A DNA stretch of 64,000 bases from the NCBI GenBank assembly GCA_964525985.1, contig CAZGLW010000002.1, positions 3,281 to 67,280 on the forward strand, read 5' to 3'. This stretch comes from an uncultured Acutalibacter sp. Its GTDB lineage: Bacteria > Bacillota > Clostridia > Oscillospirales > Acutalibacteraceae. Numbering within the stretch: position 1 is the first letter of the stretch; each line of letters opens with the position of its first letter. Shown here one piece after another: positions 8,843-18,892 of the stretch. The notes under the pieces were generated by a model. The model did no database searches, was not told where the DNA came from, and saw only the letters and a list, made by a program, of their open reading frames with translations. Position numbers and translations under genes: made by a program.

Positions 8843-11472
8843 GCTGTTACCTCCTTTTCTACCAGACCCGGCACAGCGGCCAGAGCCTCGTCAAGCTTTG
8901 TCTGGTCTCTGGCTCCCGCCATTGCGAAATCGGGGCGCCCGCCGCCGTTGCCGCCGGTAAGGGCTGCCACTTCTTTTACCAAAGCGCCGGCTTTTACGCC
9001 CATATCCTGTGCGGGCTTTGTGCATACGGCGGCCAAAGTGGCCTTTCCGTCGGAAACACCGGCAAACACCGCGCAAACAGGCTCACTATGTTCCTTGATT
9101 TTGTCGCACAAAGCCCTGAGAGAATTGCCATCCGCCCCGGAAAACAAAGCGAACATGACCTTTACTCCTTTGACTTCCTGGGCGTCCTGGAACACGTTGT
9201 CCAGGCTGGCCGCGGCCACTCTGGCGTTTAAGGCTTCAATGGTCTTATCCTTTTCCTTCAGTTCGGCCATCACCTGTCTGGCCCGCGCGGGCAGTTCAGC
9301 GGGATTTAACACCTTAAGTGTCTGGGCAGCTTCTGCAATAGACGCCGCCTGGCCCGCCATAATGGCCAACACCCCGGCACCGGTAACTCCTTCGATCCGG
9401 CGGACGCCGGAAGCAACGGATGACTCGGCTACGATCCGAAACAGTCCCAACCGGGATGTGTTGTCCATGTGGGTGCCCCCGCAGAACTCTTTTGTAAAGC
9501 CGTCGCCGCTTTGCACCACACGCACGGTATCGCCGTACTTTTCGCCAAACAGGGCCATAGCGCCGATTTTTTTTGCTTCCCCAATAGGCATCTCCTCCAC
9601 AGTGACGGGGACCGCTTTCAAAATTTCATCGTTTACAAGCATTTCCACAGATGTCAGTTCCTCAGGGGTAAGGGCGGAGAAATGGGTAAAATCGAACCGC
9701 ACATGATTCTCGTTTACCAACTGGCCCGCCTGTTCCACGTGGTCTCCCAGCACCTGGCGAAGGGCGGCCTGCAGAAGGTGGGCGGCCGTGTGGTTGCGCA
9801 TAATGGCCTTGCGGCGCATGGTATCCAGAGCGGCGTCTACACTGTCGCCCACGTTCAGGGCCCCCTGAGAGACCACTGCCCGATGGAGATAGACACCGTC
9901 GTGCTTGGTGGTGTCGATCACATCCACAGAGGTGCCCTCGCTTTCCAGAACGCCGCTGTCGCCCACCTGGCCTCCTCCCTCGCCATAAAAGGGGGTACGG
10001 TCCAGCACTACGGAGATCTCGTCGCCCTCAACGGCGCTTTCCACCTTTTCCCCATTTTTAATGATAGCCAGCACCCTGGCGGGAGTTTTCATTTCAGTAT
10101 AGCCGGTAAATCTGGTGGCAGGCAGACCCGCGGCCGCCTTGTTCTCGCCCTTCCAGGCGTCGGCCCCCGCGTCCTTCCGGGCGTTTCTGGCCCGTTCCTT
10201 CTGCTGGCGCATCAGTTCTCTGAACCGGTCCTCATCTACCTTCATGCCCCGCTCGGCCAATATTTCCTTCGTCAGGTCCAGAGGAAACCCGTAGGTATCG
10301 TTCAAAGCAAAGGCATTGTCGCCGGAGAATATTTTGGAGTCATCCTTCTCGATAAAACTGTTTAACAGAGACAATCCCTGGTCTATAGTCTTTGCAAAAC
10401 TCTCTTCCTCAAAGGCAACGGTCTGCTTTATCAAGGCCTTACGTTCCTCCAGTTCGGGGTAGGCCCTGCCATTCTCCCGGATGACCGTATCTATCACATC
10501 GGTAAGGAACGGGCCGTCAATGCCCAGCAGCTTTCCGTGGCGGGCGGCCCGGCGCAGCAGACGGCGGAGAACATATCCCCTGCCCTCGTTAGAGGGCTTT
10601 ACACCGTCGGCGATCATAAACACGGTGGAGCGAATGTGATCGGTAATAATACGCAGAGAAATGTCGGCCTTTTCATTTTCTCCATAGGCCAAGCCGGAAA
10701 TCTCGGACACTTTCCTCATTATATTTTGGATGGTGTCCACCAAAAACAAATTGTCCACGCCTTGCATAACACAGGCCAGCCGCTCCAGCCCCATGCCGGT
10801 GTCGATATTTTTCTGGGCAAGGTCGGTGTAGTGGCCGTTCCCGTCACTGTTAAACTGGGAGAACACGATGTTCCATACTTCCACATAGCGGTCGCAGTCA
10901 CAGCCCACGCCGCAGGTGGGCTTGCCGCAGCCGTACTTTTCTCCCCGGTCAAAGTAGATTTCCGAACATGGGCCGCAGGGGCCGGAACCATGCTCCCAAA
11001 AGTTGTCTTCTTTTCCCAGACGCTTCATATGGTCTTCGCTTACGCCGATCTCATTGACCCAGATATTCCAGGCCTCATCGTCCTCTTCATAAACCGAGGG
11101 ATACAGTTTGTCTTTTGGCATTTCCAAAACCTCGGTAAAGAATTCCCACGCCCACTGTATGGCTTCCCGCTTGAAGTAGTCGCCGAAAGAGAAATTGCCC
11201 AGCATTTCAAAGTAAGTGCCATGACGGGCTGTATAGCCCACATTGTCAACATCGGTCATACGCATGCATTTCTGACAGGTGGTCACCCTGGCGCGGGGCG
11301 GGGTCACCTCGCCCGTAAAGTATTTTTTCATGGGTGCCATGCCCGCACCGATAAGCAGCAGACTGTTGTCCCCCTGGGGGATAAGCGAAAAACTGGGCAG
11401 CCGCAGATGGCCCTTGCTTTCAAAAAACGCCAGATATTTTTCCCTCAGTTCGTTTAGTCCTGTCCATTGCAT
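8839..11472 (-). CDS. alaS: Alanine--tRNA ligase
   Basis: RHGTYFEMLGNFSFGDYFK, editing-domain HTAAH and EFCGGTH, C-terminal GGGGRPDFA. Confidence 0.99.
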   Translation of the reverse strand: MQWTGLNELREKYLAFFESKGHLRLPSFSLIPQGDNSLLLIGAGMAPMKKYFTGEVTPPRARVTTCQKCMRMTDVDNVGYTARHGTYFEMLGNFSFGDYFKREAIQWAWEFFTEVLEMPKDKLYPSVYEEDDEAWNIWVNEIGVSEDHMKRLGKEDNFWEHGSGPCGPCSEIYFDRGEKYGCGKPTCGVGCDCDRYVEVWNIVFSQFNSDGNGHYTDLAQKNIDTGMGLERLACVMQGVDNLFLVDTIQNIMRKVSEISGLAYGENEKADISLRIITDHIRSTVFMIADGVKPSNEGRGYVLRRLLRRAARHGKLLGIDGPFLTDVIDTVIRENGRAYPELEERKALIKQTVAFEEESFAKTIDQGLSLLNSFIEKDDSKIFSGDNAFALNDTYGFPLDLTKEILAERGMKVDEDRFRELMRQQKERARNARKDAGADAWKGENKAAAGLPATRFTGYTEMKTPARVLAIIKNGEKVESAVEGDEISVVLDRTPFYGEGGGQVGDSGVLESEGTSVDVIDTTKHDGVYLHRAVVSQGALNVGDSVDAALDTMRRKAIMRNHTAAHLLQAALRQVLGDHVEQAGQLVNENHVRFDFTHFSALTPEELTSVEMLVNDEILKAVPVTVEEMPIGEAKKIGAMALFGEKYGDTVRVVQSGDGFTKEFCGGTHMDNTSRLGLFRIVAESSVASGVRRIEGVTGAGVLAIMAGQAASIAEAAQTLKVLNPAELPARARQVMAELKEKDKTIEALNARVAAASLDNVFQDAQEVKGVKVMFALFSGADGNSLRALCDKIKEHSEPVCAVFAGVSDGKATLAAVCTKPAQDMGVKAGALVKEVAALTGGNGGGRPDFAMAGARDQTKLDEALAAVPGLVEKEVTA

Positions 11473-11493
11473 TGTCTTCCTCTTCCTTTCCCG

Positions 11494-12054
11494 TTATGCT
11501 TCTGTCCGGCGTTCCAGAAAATCCGCCAGCTTTTCCAATCTATCCTCAATATCCGGCTCTTGTATGGCCGGCAGGCTGTCCGTATGATGACAGCATACCA
11601 CCGGCGCCCACTCTGTACAGCCCATGAGCTTCATAGGCGGCCTTAGGGTCTCGGCAGCCTTGTCCGGCGAGCCGTCGCCGCCGCCTGTCAGCAAAATACC
11701 GGCCCGTTTCGGCGGGAACCCGGGGGGCTTGCCCAAAAACCGCCGGACGCAGTAATACTGCTGGGTGCGGCTCAACAGAGACAGCAGGGGCCCCGTGGGC
11801 TGAGAAAAATAAAGGGGCGTGGCCACTACCAGGCTTTGGCACCGACGCAGAATGCCGTCGATCTCCTCCCAGCCGTCCTGTATGGCGCAGCCGGGGCTGG
11901 ACCAGCAGGACCGGCAGTCCACACAAGGGGACGCCTGCCCGTCGTAAGCCCATATCTCTGTCACGTCTCCCCGCAGAAAGCGCCTGAGCGCCCGGGTGAG
12001 AGAAGCCGTGTCCCCGTCCTTTCGGGGGGAACCGTTTATGACCAGTGTTTCCAC
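11494..12054 (-). CDS. Iron-sulfur flavoprotein / NADPH-dependent FMN reductase family
   Basis: INGSPRKDGDT, CVDCRSC...C, ATPLYF. Confidence 0.9.
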   Translation of the reverse strand: METLVINGSPRKDGDTASLTRALRRFLRGDVTEIWAYDGQASPCVDCRSCWSSPGCAIQDGWEEIDGILRRCQSLVVATPLYFSQPTGPLLSLLSRTQQYYCVRRFLGKPPGFPPKRAGILLTGGGDGSPDKAAETLRPPMKLMGCTEWAPVVCCHHTDSLPAIQEPDIEDRLEKLADFLERRTEA

Positions 12055-12289
12055 CTTGTCCCTCCGGCAAAATCAAAAAACTCGCTAGCTTTATAATAAT
12101 AAGTCCTGGCCCCGGTTTTTGTCAATGTTTTTGCGAAACTTTCCCCTTTATCATTGACAAGCCGCCACTCTTTTAGCTATACTTTGAAGGACACCGCCGG
12201 GCCTTTGCCGGGGCGTTTTGAAAATGCCGAATCCCACTTTGCGTGACCACAAGGTCCGCACTGGGCAAGAAGGGAAAGTGGTCATAAGC

Positions 12290-13657
12290 ATGGAAGACGA
12301 AAAAACAGTGAAAAGCGGGTTCTATTCCCAAATTGGCAGGCTGGTAGTGCCTATTGTTCTGCAGAACCTGTTGAGCGCAGCCGTCAACTCCGCCGATGTG
12401 GTCATGCTGAACTTTGTGGGCCAGTCGTCCATTTCGGCAGTATCCCTGGCGTCCCAGTACGCCAGCATTCTGTTCATGGTATTTTACGGACTGGGCACGG
12501 GGGCCACCATGCTATGCGCCCAGTATTTCGGCAAGGGAGACATGAAAGCCATTCATGTGGTAGAGGGCATTGCCCTGCGGTTCTCTTTGATTATCTCCCT
12601 GGTTTTCGCCCTGTGCGCTGTCACCATTCCGGAATGGATGATGCGGCTTTTCACCCCCGACCAGGAGTTGATCTCCCTGGGGGCCTCTTATCTGCGCATT
12701 TTAAGCGTGGCCTACCTGTGCTGGGGCGTTATCGAGGTCTATCTGGCGGTTCTTCGCAGCATCGGCCGGGTAGCCATCAGCACGGCCTTAAACACATTTG
12801 CCTTTACCCTGAATATTATTTTAAACGCCGTATTCATCTTTGGGCTGTTCGGCGCGCCGAAACTTGGGGCGGTTGGGGTCGCTGTCGCCACCTCCTTCTC
12901 TCGGGTGCTGGAACTGATTTTATGCTTTATCGTCTCTGCCCGCAGCAGGGATGTAAAGCTGAAATTTTCCTACATCTTCATGCGGAACAAGGCGCTGTCC
13001 GGCGATTTTATGAAAATGTCCCTTCCCGCTCTGCTCAACGACGTGATATGGGGACTGGGCTTTTCAATGTATTCCGTCATAATCGGCCAGTTCCTGGGTA
13101 CAGACATGGTGGCCGCCAACTCCCTTGTCACTGTGGTGCGCAACCTGGGCACCACCCTTTGCTTCGGTGCCGCCAGCGCCGGCGGCATCCTGCTGGGGCA
13201 GAAGATTGGCGAAAACAAAATGGAGGAGGCCGACTCTGACGCCAAAAAGCTGATGAAACTCACCATTATCACGGGGGCTATCGGCGGCCTTATCATCCTA
13301 ATCGCCACCCCCATTGTTCTAAGTTTCGCCAACCTGACGGAAACCGGAATGGGGTACTTAAAAGTCATGCTGCTCATCAATTCCTATTATGTGATGGGCG
13401 CGGCGGTAAACACAACTTTGATTGCCGGGGTTTTCCGGGCCGGCGGCGACAGTAAATTCGGTTTTTGGTGCGATTTGATCGACATGTGGGTATACGCGGT
13501 GCCTCTGGGCTTTTTGGCCGCCGCCGTCCTGAAGCTGCCGCCGCTGTGGGTATATTTCCTGCTGTGTACCGACGAATTCGTCAAGTGGCCCTGGGTCATC
13601 CGCCGCTACCGCAGCAAAAAGTGGCTGAAAAACATCACCAGAGACGATCTGTTTTAA
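12290..13657 (+). CDS. MATE family efflux transporter
   Basis: About 12 TMs, AQYFGKGD, LFGAPKLGAVGVAVAT, FRAGGD; promoter TTGACA-18-TATACT at 12154-12183. Confidence 0.93.
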   Translation: MEDEKTVKSGFYSQIGRLVVPIVLQNLLSAAVNSADVVMLNFVGQSSISAVSLASQYASILFMVFYGLGTGATMLCAQYFGKGDMKAIHVVEGIALRFSLIISLVFALCAVTIPEWMMRLFTPDQELISLGASYLRILSVAYLCWGVIEVYLAVLRSIGRVAISTALNTFAFTLNIILNAVFIFGLFGAPKLGAVGVAVATSFSRVLELILCFIVSARSRDVKLKFSYIFMRNKALSGDFMKMSLPALLNDVIWGLGFSMYSVIIGQFLGTDMVAANSLVTVVRNLGTTLCFGAASAGGILLGQKIGENKMEEADSDAKKLMKLTIITGAIGGLIILIATPIVLSFANLTETGMGYLKVMLLINSYYVMGAAVNTTLIAGVFRAGGDSKFGFWCDLIDMWVYAVPLGFLAAAVLKLPPLWVYFLLCTDEFVKWPWVIRRYRSKKWLKNITRDDLF

Positions 13658-13756
13658 TTGCTGGCCGGTTTTTGATTTTTTTTCCGGCATTTACAAAGAA
13701 GAGACGCTATAATCACTGACAGGAAAAACGGCAAAGACGGAAAGGAGCCATGTGAC

Positions 13757-14758
13757 ATGACCACGATCCCTCAGAATTACCGGCCCGTTTTAGGGCTTTA
13801 CGAGACCCAGAAAGCCATTGGTTCCATTAAAAATATTTTTCAGGTAAAGCTGTGCGCCGCATTGCACCTAAAGCGGGTGACAGCCCCCCTGTTCGTGGAC
13901 CCCGCCACAGGATTAAACGACGATTTAACCGGAGTGGAACGCCCGGTCAGCTTTGACGTTCCCGCCGTGGGAAAGGACGCCCAGGTGGTTCACTCTCTGG
14001 CCAAATGGAAGCGCTTGGCCCTAAAGCGGTACGGCTTTTTTGTGGGCAACGGTCTGGTTACGGATATGAACGCTATCCGCCGGGATGAAGAACTGGATAA
14101 CCTACACTCCATATATGTGGACCAGTGGGACTGGGAAAAAGTCATTGACCGGGAGAGCCGGAACGAAGGGACGCTGCGGGACACGGCGCGGCGGATCGTC
14201 AGCGCCATTTGCGGCACTCTGGACGAACTGAAATGGCAGTTTGCCGACTTGAACACAGAACTGTGCCGGGACGTGTCTTTCATCACCTCGCAGGAGTTGG
14301 AGGACCGCTGGCCGGAACTTTCCCCCAAACAGCGGGAAAACGCTATTGTAAAAGAGAAAAAGACGGTTTTCGTAGAGCAGATCGGCGGCAAGCTGAAAAG
14401 CGGCAAGCCCCACGACGGCCGCGCCCCGGACTATGACGACTGGACCCTGAACGGTGATCTTCTGTTTTGGCACGAGCCATTACAGTGCGCTTTGGAAATC
14501 AGCAGCATGGGCATCCGGGTAGACCCTGAAGCCCTGGACCGGCAGCTTACTCTGGCCGGATGCGATGAAAGGAGAAAGCTTCCTTTCCATCAAATGCTGC
14601 TAAACGGCCAACTGCCCCTCACCATCGGCGGGGGCATTGGGCAGAGCAGGCTGTGCATGCTGCTCTTGGGCAAGGCCCACATCGGCGAGGTCCAGGCCTC
14701 TCTGTGGGACGAAGGAACCACCGCCGCCTGCGCCGCCGCCAACATCATACTGCTATGA
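13757..14758 (+). CDS. asnA: Aspartate--ammonia ligase
   Basis: [31 protein letters not shown]. Confidence 0.98.
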   Translation: MTTIPQNYRPVLGLYETQKAIGSIKNIFQVKLCAALHLKRVTAPLFVDPATGLNDDLTGVERPVSFDVPAVGKDAQVVHSLAKWKRLALKRYGFFVGNGLVTDMNAIRRDEELDNLHSIYVDQWDWEKVIDRESRNEGTLRDTARRIVSAICGTLDELKWQFADLNTELCRDVSFITSQELEDRWPELSPKQRENAIVKEKKTVFVEQIGGKLKSGKPHDGRAPDYDDWTLNGDLLFWHEPLQCALEISSMGIRVDPEALDRQLTLAGCDERRKLPFHQMLLNGQLPLTIGGGIGQSRLCMLLLGKAHIGEVQASLWDEGTTAACAAANIILL

Positions 14759-14782
14759 CAGCAGGAAAAACACGGCACTTTT

Positions 14783-14920
14783 TTATTTGTCCTTGTGCCC
14801 CAAGCGGGTCATTGCCAAAACGATCAGGGCAATGAGTACCATCACCACAAAAATGCCCAGCATACCCTTTCCCATAATGCTGAGAGCTTCCATAAAATTG
14901 GCGTAGATTTCAGGAGACAT
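14783..14920 (-). CDS. OadG-related small membrane subunit (45 aa)
   Basis: MSPEIYANFMEALSIMGKGMLGIFVVMVLIALIVLAMTRLGHKDK; RBS AGAAAGGAAG; directly follows the beta subunit; below the ORF-track cutoff. Confidence 0.8.
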   Translation of the reverse strand: MSPEIYANFMEALSIMGKGMLGIFVVMVLIALIVLAMTRLGHKDK

Positions 14921-14952
14921 ATTTTTTCTTCCTTTCTCTGTGTTTTATGTGG

Positions 14953-16080
14953 TTAGAAGAAGAACCCCAGAACAATGCCGCCGGCCACAGCAGAGGCGAT
15001 CTGCCCGGAGACGTTTGCCCCTACGGCGTGCATCAACAGGTGGTTCTGGTTGTTTTCGGCAATGCCCATCTTCTCGATCACCCGGGCGGACATGGGGAAC
15101 GCGGAAATTCCCGCCGCACCCACCATAGGGTTGATTTTGGTCTTGCTGAACAGGTTTATAATCTTGGCAAATAACACGCCGCCTATCGTGTCGAAAATAA
15201 AAGCAAACAGGCCCAGGCCCATGATCATCAGGGTCTGCCAGGTGACAAATCGCTCTGCCTGCATGGAGAATGAAATGGTAATGCCCAACAGCAAAGTGAT
15301 CAGATTTGCCAGATCGTTTTGGGCAGTCTCGGAAAGGCGGTTCAATACCCCGCACTCCCGAATCAGATTGCCGAACATCAAAAATCCTACCAGGGAAACG
15401 GAAGCGGGGGCCACCAGCCCGGCCACCAGCGTGACCACAATAGGGAACAGAATACGGGTGGTTTTGGAAACGGCGTTGGGCCTGTAATCCATACGAATGG
15501 CCCGTTCTTTTTTGGTGGTAACAGCCTTAATGGCAATGGGTTGTATAATTGGCACCAGCGCCATATATGAGTACGCCGCCACAGCAATTGGCCCGATATA
15601 GTTCGAGTGGAGTACCTGAGACACCAGGATAGATGTGGGACCGTCCGCCGCGCCAATAATGCCGATAGAGGCCGCATCCTTGATGTCAAAGCCTAAAAGC
15701 GCGGCCAGGGTGATAGTCAGGAAAATACCGAACTGGGCCGCCGCACCAAAAAGGAACATCTTCGGGTTTGAAAGCAGGGGCCCAAAGTCTATCATGGCGC
15801 CGATTCCGATAAACAGCAGCAAGGGCATGGCCTCACTGGCCTCAATGCCAATCTCGAACAGCCACTGGATAATGCCATGAGTTTCACCAACCCCCTGCAT
15901 GGTCTGGTTCAAAACACCGGACAGGGGCAGATTCACCAAAATGGCGCCAAAGCCCATAGGCAGCAGCAGTGCCGGCTCATAGTCCTTTTTGATCGCCAGC
16001 CAGATGAGCGCCCCTCCCACCAGGTACATGACCATCTGCCGCCAGGTGATAGACAGCAAGCCTTCCCATAGAAATTCCAT
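14953..16080 (-). CDS. Na+-translocating decarboxylase beta subunit (OadB/GcdB family)
   Basis: YEPALLLPMGFG, IGIIGAADGPTSI, AAYSYMALVPIIQP. Confidence 0.95.
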   Translation of the reverse strand: MEFLWEGLLSITWRQMVMYLVGGALIWLAIKKDYEPALLLPMGFGAILVNLPLSGVLNQTMQGVGETHGIIQWLFEIGIEASEAMPLLLFIGIGAMIDFGPLLSNPKMFLFGAAAQFGIFLTITLAALLGFDIKDAASIGIIGAADGPTSILVSQVLHSNYIGPIAVAAYSYMALVPIIQPIAIKAVTTKKERAIRMDYRPNAVSKTTRILFPIVVTLVAGLVAPASVSLVGFLMFGNLIRECGVLNRLSETAQNDLANLITLLLGITISFSMQAERFVTWQTLMIMGLGLFAFIFDTIGGVLFAKIINLFSKTKINPMVGAAGISAFPMSARVIEKMGIAENNQNHLLMHAVGANVSGQIASAVAGGIVLGFFF

Positions 16081-16126
16081 ATTCTTTTCCTCTTTTCTTC
16101 AAATCGTCCATAAGGTAAGCGTCCGC

Positions 16127-16165
16127 AAAAAAACCAGACCTATGCAGCAAGTGCACAGGTCTGGT
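16127..16165 (-). terminator. Riboswitch expression-platform terminator
   Basis: ACCAGACCTGTGCA...TGCATAGGTCTGGT-TTTTTT; the 5' arm overlaps the aptamer 3' strand. Confidence 0.8.
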
Positions 16166-16240
16166 CATTTCAAGCTAAACCAGGGCTTACGCCAGTGATT
16201 GTTGATCTAGCTGCGCATACCGCGCCGACTACTCCCCTAT
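16155..16240 (-). ncRNA. yybP-ykoY (Mn2+) riboswitch
   Basis: AUAGGGGAGUAGUC...AGCUAGAUCAACAAUCAC...CUGGUUUAGCU...GACCAGACCUGU matches the GGGGAGUAG / UCAAC / AGACC hallmarks; promoter TTGACA-17-TAAAAT at 16250-16278. Confidence 0.78.
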
Positions 16241-16312
16241 AACGAGGCCATTTTAACATTTTAAGAAAACCGTGTCAAGGTTTTATTTCCCGGTGCCCTT
16301 ACGTTTCCTGTC

Positions 16313-16831
16313 TTACTCTGCGGGGAAGAATTCACGGGAATACAGTTCGGCGCCGTCCTCGGCCATGTAGGCGACTACTACCGAAGCGTCGCCGCCTACA
16401 GCCTGGGCCAACTCGGAAGCTATTCCCTCAAAGGTTTCAGTCATGGAATCGGTCAGGGTGCCCAGCACGGACCCCAGAGTCTCGGGATCGGCCCCGTTGG
16501 TGTCCTGATAAGTAAAGGTGTAGACAAGCTGGTTGCCGTTTGCGGTAATGCTGATATCCATGCCGCTGGAAGCCATGCTCTCCTTCATACTGTCTAACTG
16601 CTCCCGCATGACGTCGGTATTGATAAAGTCCTCCACCGTCTCAAAGTCGCCGCTGGCAGCGGCGGAGGAAACAGCCTCATCAGCGACAACTGCGGAGGCG
16701 GCCCGGGAAACGGCGGAACCGGTGGCGCCGGACCCTGTTCCGGAGGCGTTGTTCCCGCCGCAGGCGGCAAGGCTGAACACACAGGCCGCGCACAGAGCGG
16801 CGGCAGACAGGCGAATTAAAGTCTTTTTCAT
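16313..16831 (-). CDS. Lipoprotein (DUF4854-like)
   Basis: Lipobox LAAC, S/A-rich linker, small C-terminal domain. Confidence 0.7.
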   Translation of the reverse strand: MKKTLIRLSAAALCAACVFSLAACGGNNASGTGSGATGSAVSRAASAVVADEAVSSAAASGDFETVEDFINTDVMREQLDSMKESMASSGMDISITANGNQLVYTFTYQDTNGADPETLGSVLGTLTDSMTETFEGIASELAQAVGGDASVVVAYMAEDGAELYSREFFPAE

Positions 16832-17048
16832 AACAGTACCCTCTTATATGGATTTTTCGGGTCATCCGTCCGAACCTCCCCAAGTATAGGTTCTCTCCTC
16901 TGTTTTGTCAAGTGATAAATGTACGCAGTGGAATACATAAAGACATGGGATTTTGCTCCATTTTAAAAGGCGGCTCTTGACATCAGGCCCACTTTAAGTA
17001 ATACTATATAACAAATACATTACTCTTGCGGAAAGGGGTCTTACACTT

Positions 17049-18077
17049 ATGGACACTGTCACATTGGGGAGAACGGGTATCACCGTAAACAAAAACGGTT
17101 TTGGCGCTTTGCCCATCCAACGGGTATCGGCGGACTATGCCGGTATGCTTTTAAAAAAGGCCCTGAACGCCGGGATTACCTACTTTGATACCGCCAGGGC
17201 CTACACTGACAGCGAGGAAAAGATTGGCCTGGCCCTGTCCGGTATGCGGGACAAGTTCTATCTTGCCACCAAGACCATGTCCACTACGCCGGAAGGCTTC
17301 TGGAAGGACCTGGAAACCAGTCTGCGGCTTTTAAAAACTGACTACATCGATGTGTACCAGTTTCACAATCCCTCTTTCTGCCCAAGACCCAATGACGGCA
17401 CCGGCCTGTATGAGGCTATGAAGGAAGCCAAAAAGCAGGGGAAGATTCGCTTTATCGGCATTACGAACCACAGGCCCAGGGTAGCCGAAGAGGCCGCCGC
17501 TTCCGGCCTTTATGACACGCTGCAATTCCCCTTCTGCTATCTGGCCACCGATCAGGATATCGCTCTTGTAAAGCTTTGCAAAGAGCAAAATGTGGGGTTT
17601 ATCGCAATGAAGGGCCTTTCCGGCGGCCTTATTACCAATTCCGCCGCAGCTTACGCCTGGCAGGCCCAGTTTGAAAACACCCTGCCCATCTGGGGGGTGC
17701 AAAGAGAAAAAGAATTGGATGAGTTTTTAAGCTACATAGACAATCCCCCCACCATAGATGACCCGGTCATCAAAGCGGAGATTGAAAAAGACCGCAAGGA
17801 GCTGATCGGAAATTTCTGCCGGGCCTGCGGTTACTGTATGCCCTGTCCCGCGGGTATCGAAATCAACACCTGCGCCCGCATGTCCCAGCTGATCCGCCGC
17901 AGCCCCTCGGCCAATCTCCTAAGCCCCGAGAGCCAGGCAAAAATGATGAAGATCGAAGAATGCCTGCATTGCAACCAGTGCAAATCGAAATGCCCTTACG
18001 GACTGGACACCCCCACGCTTCTCCAACAGAATCTGGAGGACTACAGGAACATTTTAAGCGGGAAGGCATCAGTGTAA
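17049..18077 (+). CDS. Aldo/keto reductase with C-terminal 4Fe-4S dicluster
   Basis: FDTARAY, LATK, CRACGYCMPCP and CLHCNQCKSKCP. Confidence 0.95.
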   Translation: MDTVTLGRTGITVNKNGFGALPIQRVSADYAGMLLKKALNAGITYFDTARAYTDSEEKIGLALSGMRDKFYLATKTMSTTPEGFWKDLETSLRLLKTDYIDVYQFHNPSFCPRPNDGTGLYEAMKEAKKQGKIRFIGITNHRPRVAEEAAASGLYDTLQFPFCYLATDQDIALVKLCKEQNVGFIAMKGLSGGLITNSAAAYAWQAQFENTLPIWGVQREKELDEFLSYIDNPPTIDDPVIKAEIEKDRKELIGNFCRACGYCMPCPAGIEINTCARMSQLIRRSPSANLLSPESQAKMMKIEECLHCNQCKSKCPYGLDTPTLLQQNLEDYRNILSGKASV

Positions 18078-18110
18078 AAAATCCCCCGGCAGAGCGCCGG
18101 GGGATTTTTT
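18076..18110. terminator. Bidirectional terminator
   Basis: AAAAAATCCCCCGGC-AGAGC-GCCGGGGGATTTTTT between convergent genes. Confidence 0.9.
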
Positions 18111-18880
18111 TATTTTTTTAGGGGGACGCGGCGCATGAGGAGCCAGGCAAAAGCGCTGAAAGCAGCGAAAACCGCCAGACAGAACACCATGCAGTTGGGC
18201 GCGGCCCCAAAGGCCAGGTTGGAAAACCATACCAGGCCCCGACACATGGCCTCCCACAAAGCCTCCAGATGGAAACGGTCCCGTATCGTCTTCAAAATGG
18301 GCACGCCGCAGATGAACACAAACTCCGCCCCAACGATGACGGCCACCTTGCCCGGGGCGGGCAGGCGGTAAAACAGCGTCGAATAGAAATACCCCAGGGC
18401 GGAAGCCGCCAGCAAAAGGCAGAAGCTGAACGCCACAGAGCCAAGAATCAGAGCCGCCCTGTTCCATTGGGGATCGTATATCGTTTCCAGCAGAGAGAGC
18501 GATTCCGCCCTGATTACGGGAAGTTTTCCAAAAAGGGTAAAAAGCAGGGTGAAAGCTTCATCGCATACAGCCAACACCAGGCAGAAAACCCCTGTGGCGC
18601 ATATCCTCCCTGAAAAAAGGCTGCGCCGGGATACCCCGTTTTGCAGGGCCATGCCAAAATTTCCTTTAAAGGAGCAGCACCCTTTCATAAAGGCCACAAC
18701 AGCGGTAACGGCGCTCAAGCCGTTCATTGTAGTAACCGAAAAACTGCCGGCGGAGTCCCCATAACTTATCAGGGACGCGCCGCCAAAAAGCAGGGTCACC
18801 CCGATATATGCGGCGTAGTAAACAATCACAGTCATTTTCTGGGTCCACAACTGATATTTAAAAGACGGATAGATATTCAT
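18110..18880 (-). CDS. ABC-2 type permease
   Basis: About 6 TMs, QNGVSRR motif; in an operon with an ATPase. Confidence 0.8.
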   Translation of the reverse strand: MNIYPSFKYQLWTQKMTVIVYYAAYIGVTLLFGGASLISYGDSAGSFSVTTMNGLSAVTAVVAFMKGCCSFKGNFGMALQNGVSRRSLFSGRICATGVFCLVLAVCDEAFTLLFTLFGKLPVIRAESLSLLETIYDPQWNRAALILGSVAFSFCLLLAASALGYFYSTLFYRLPAPGKVAVIVGAEFVFICGVPILKTIRDRFHLEALWEAMCRGLVWFSNLAFGAAPNCMVFCLAVFAAFSAFAWLLMRRVPLKK

Positions 18881-18892
18881 AAATATTCCTCC

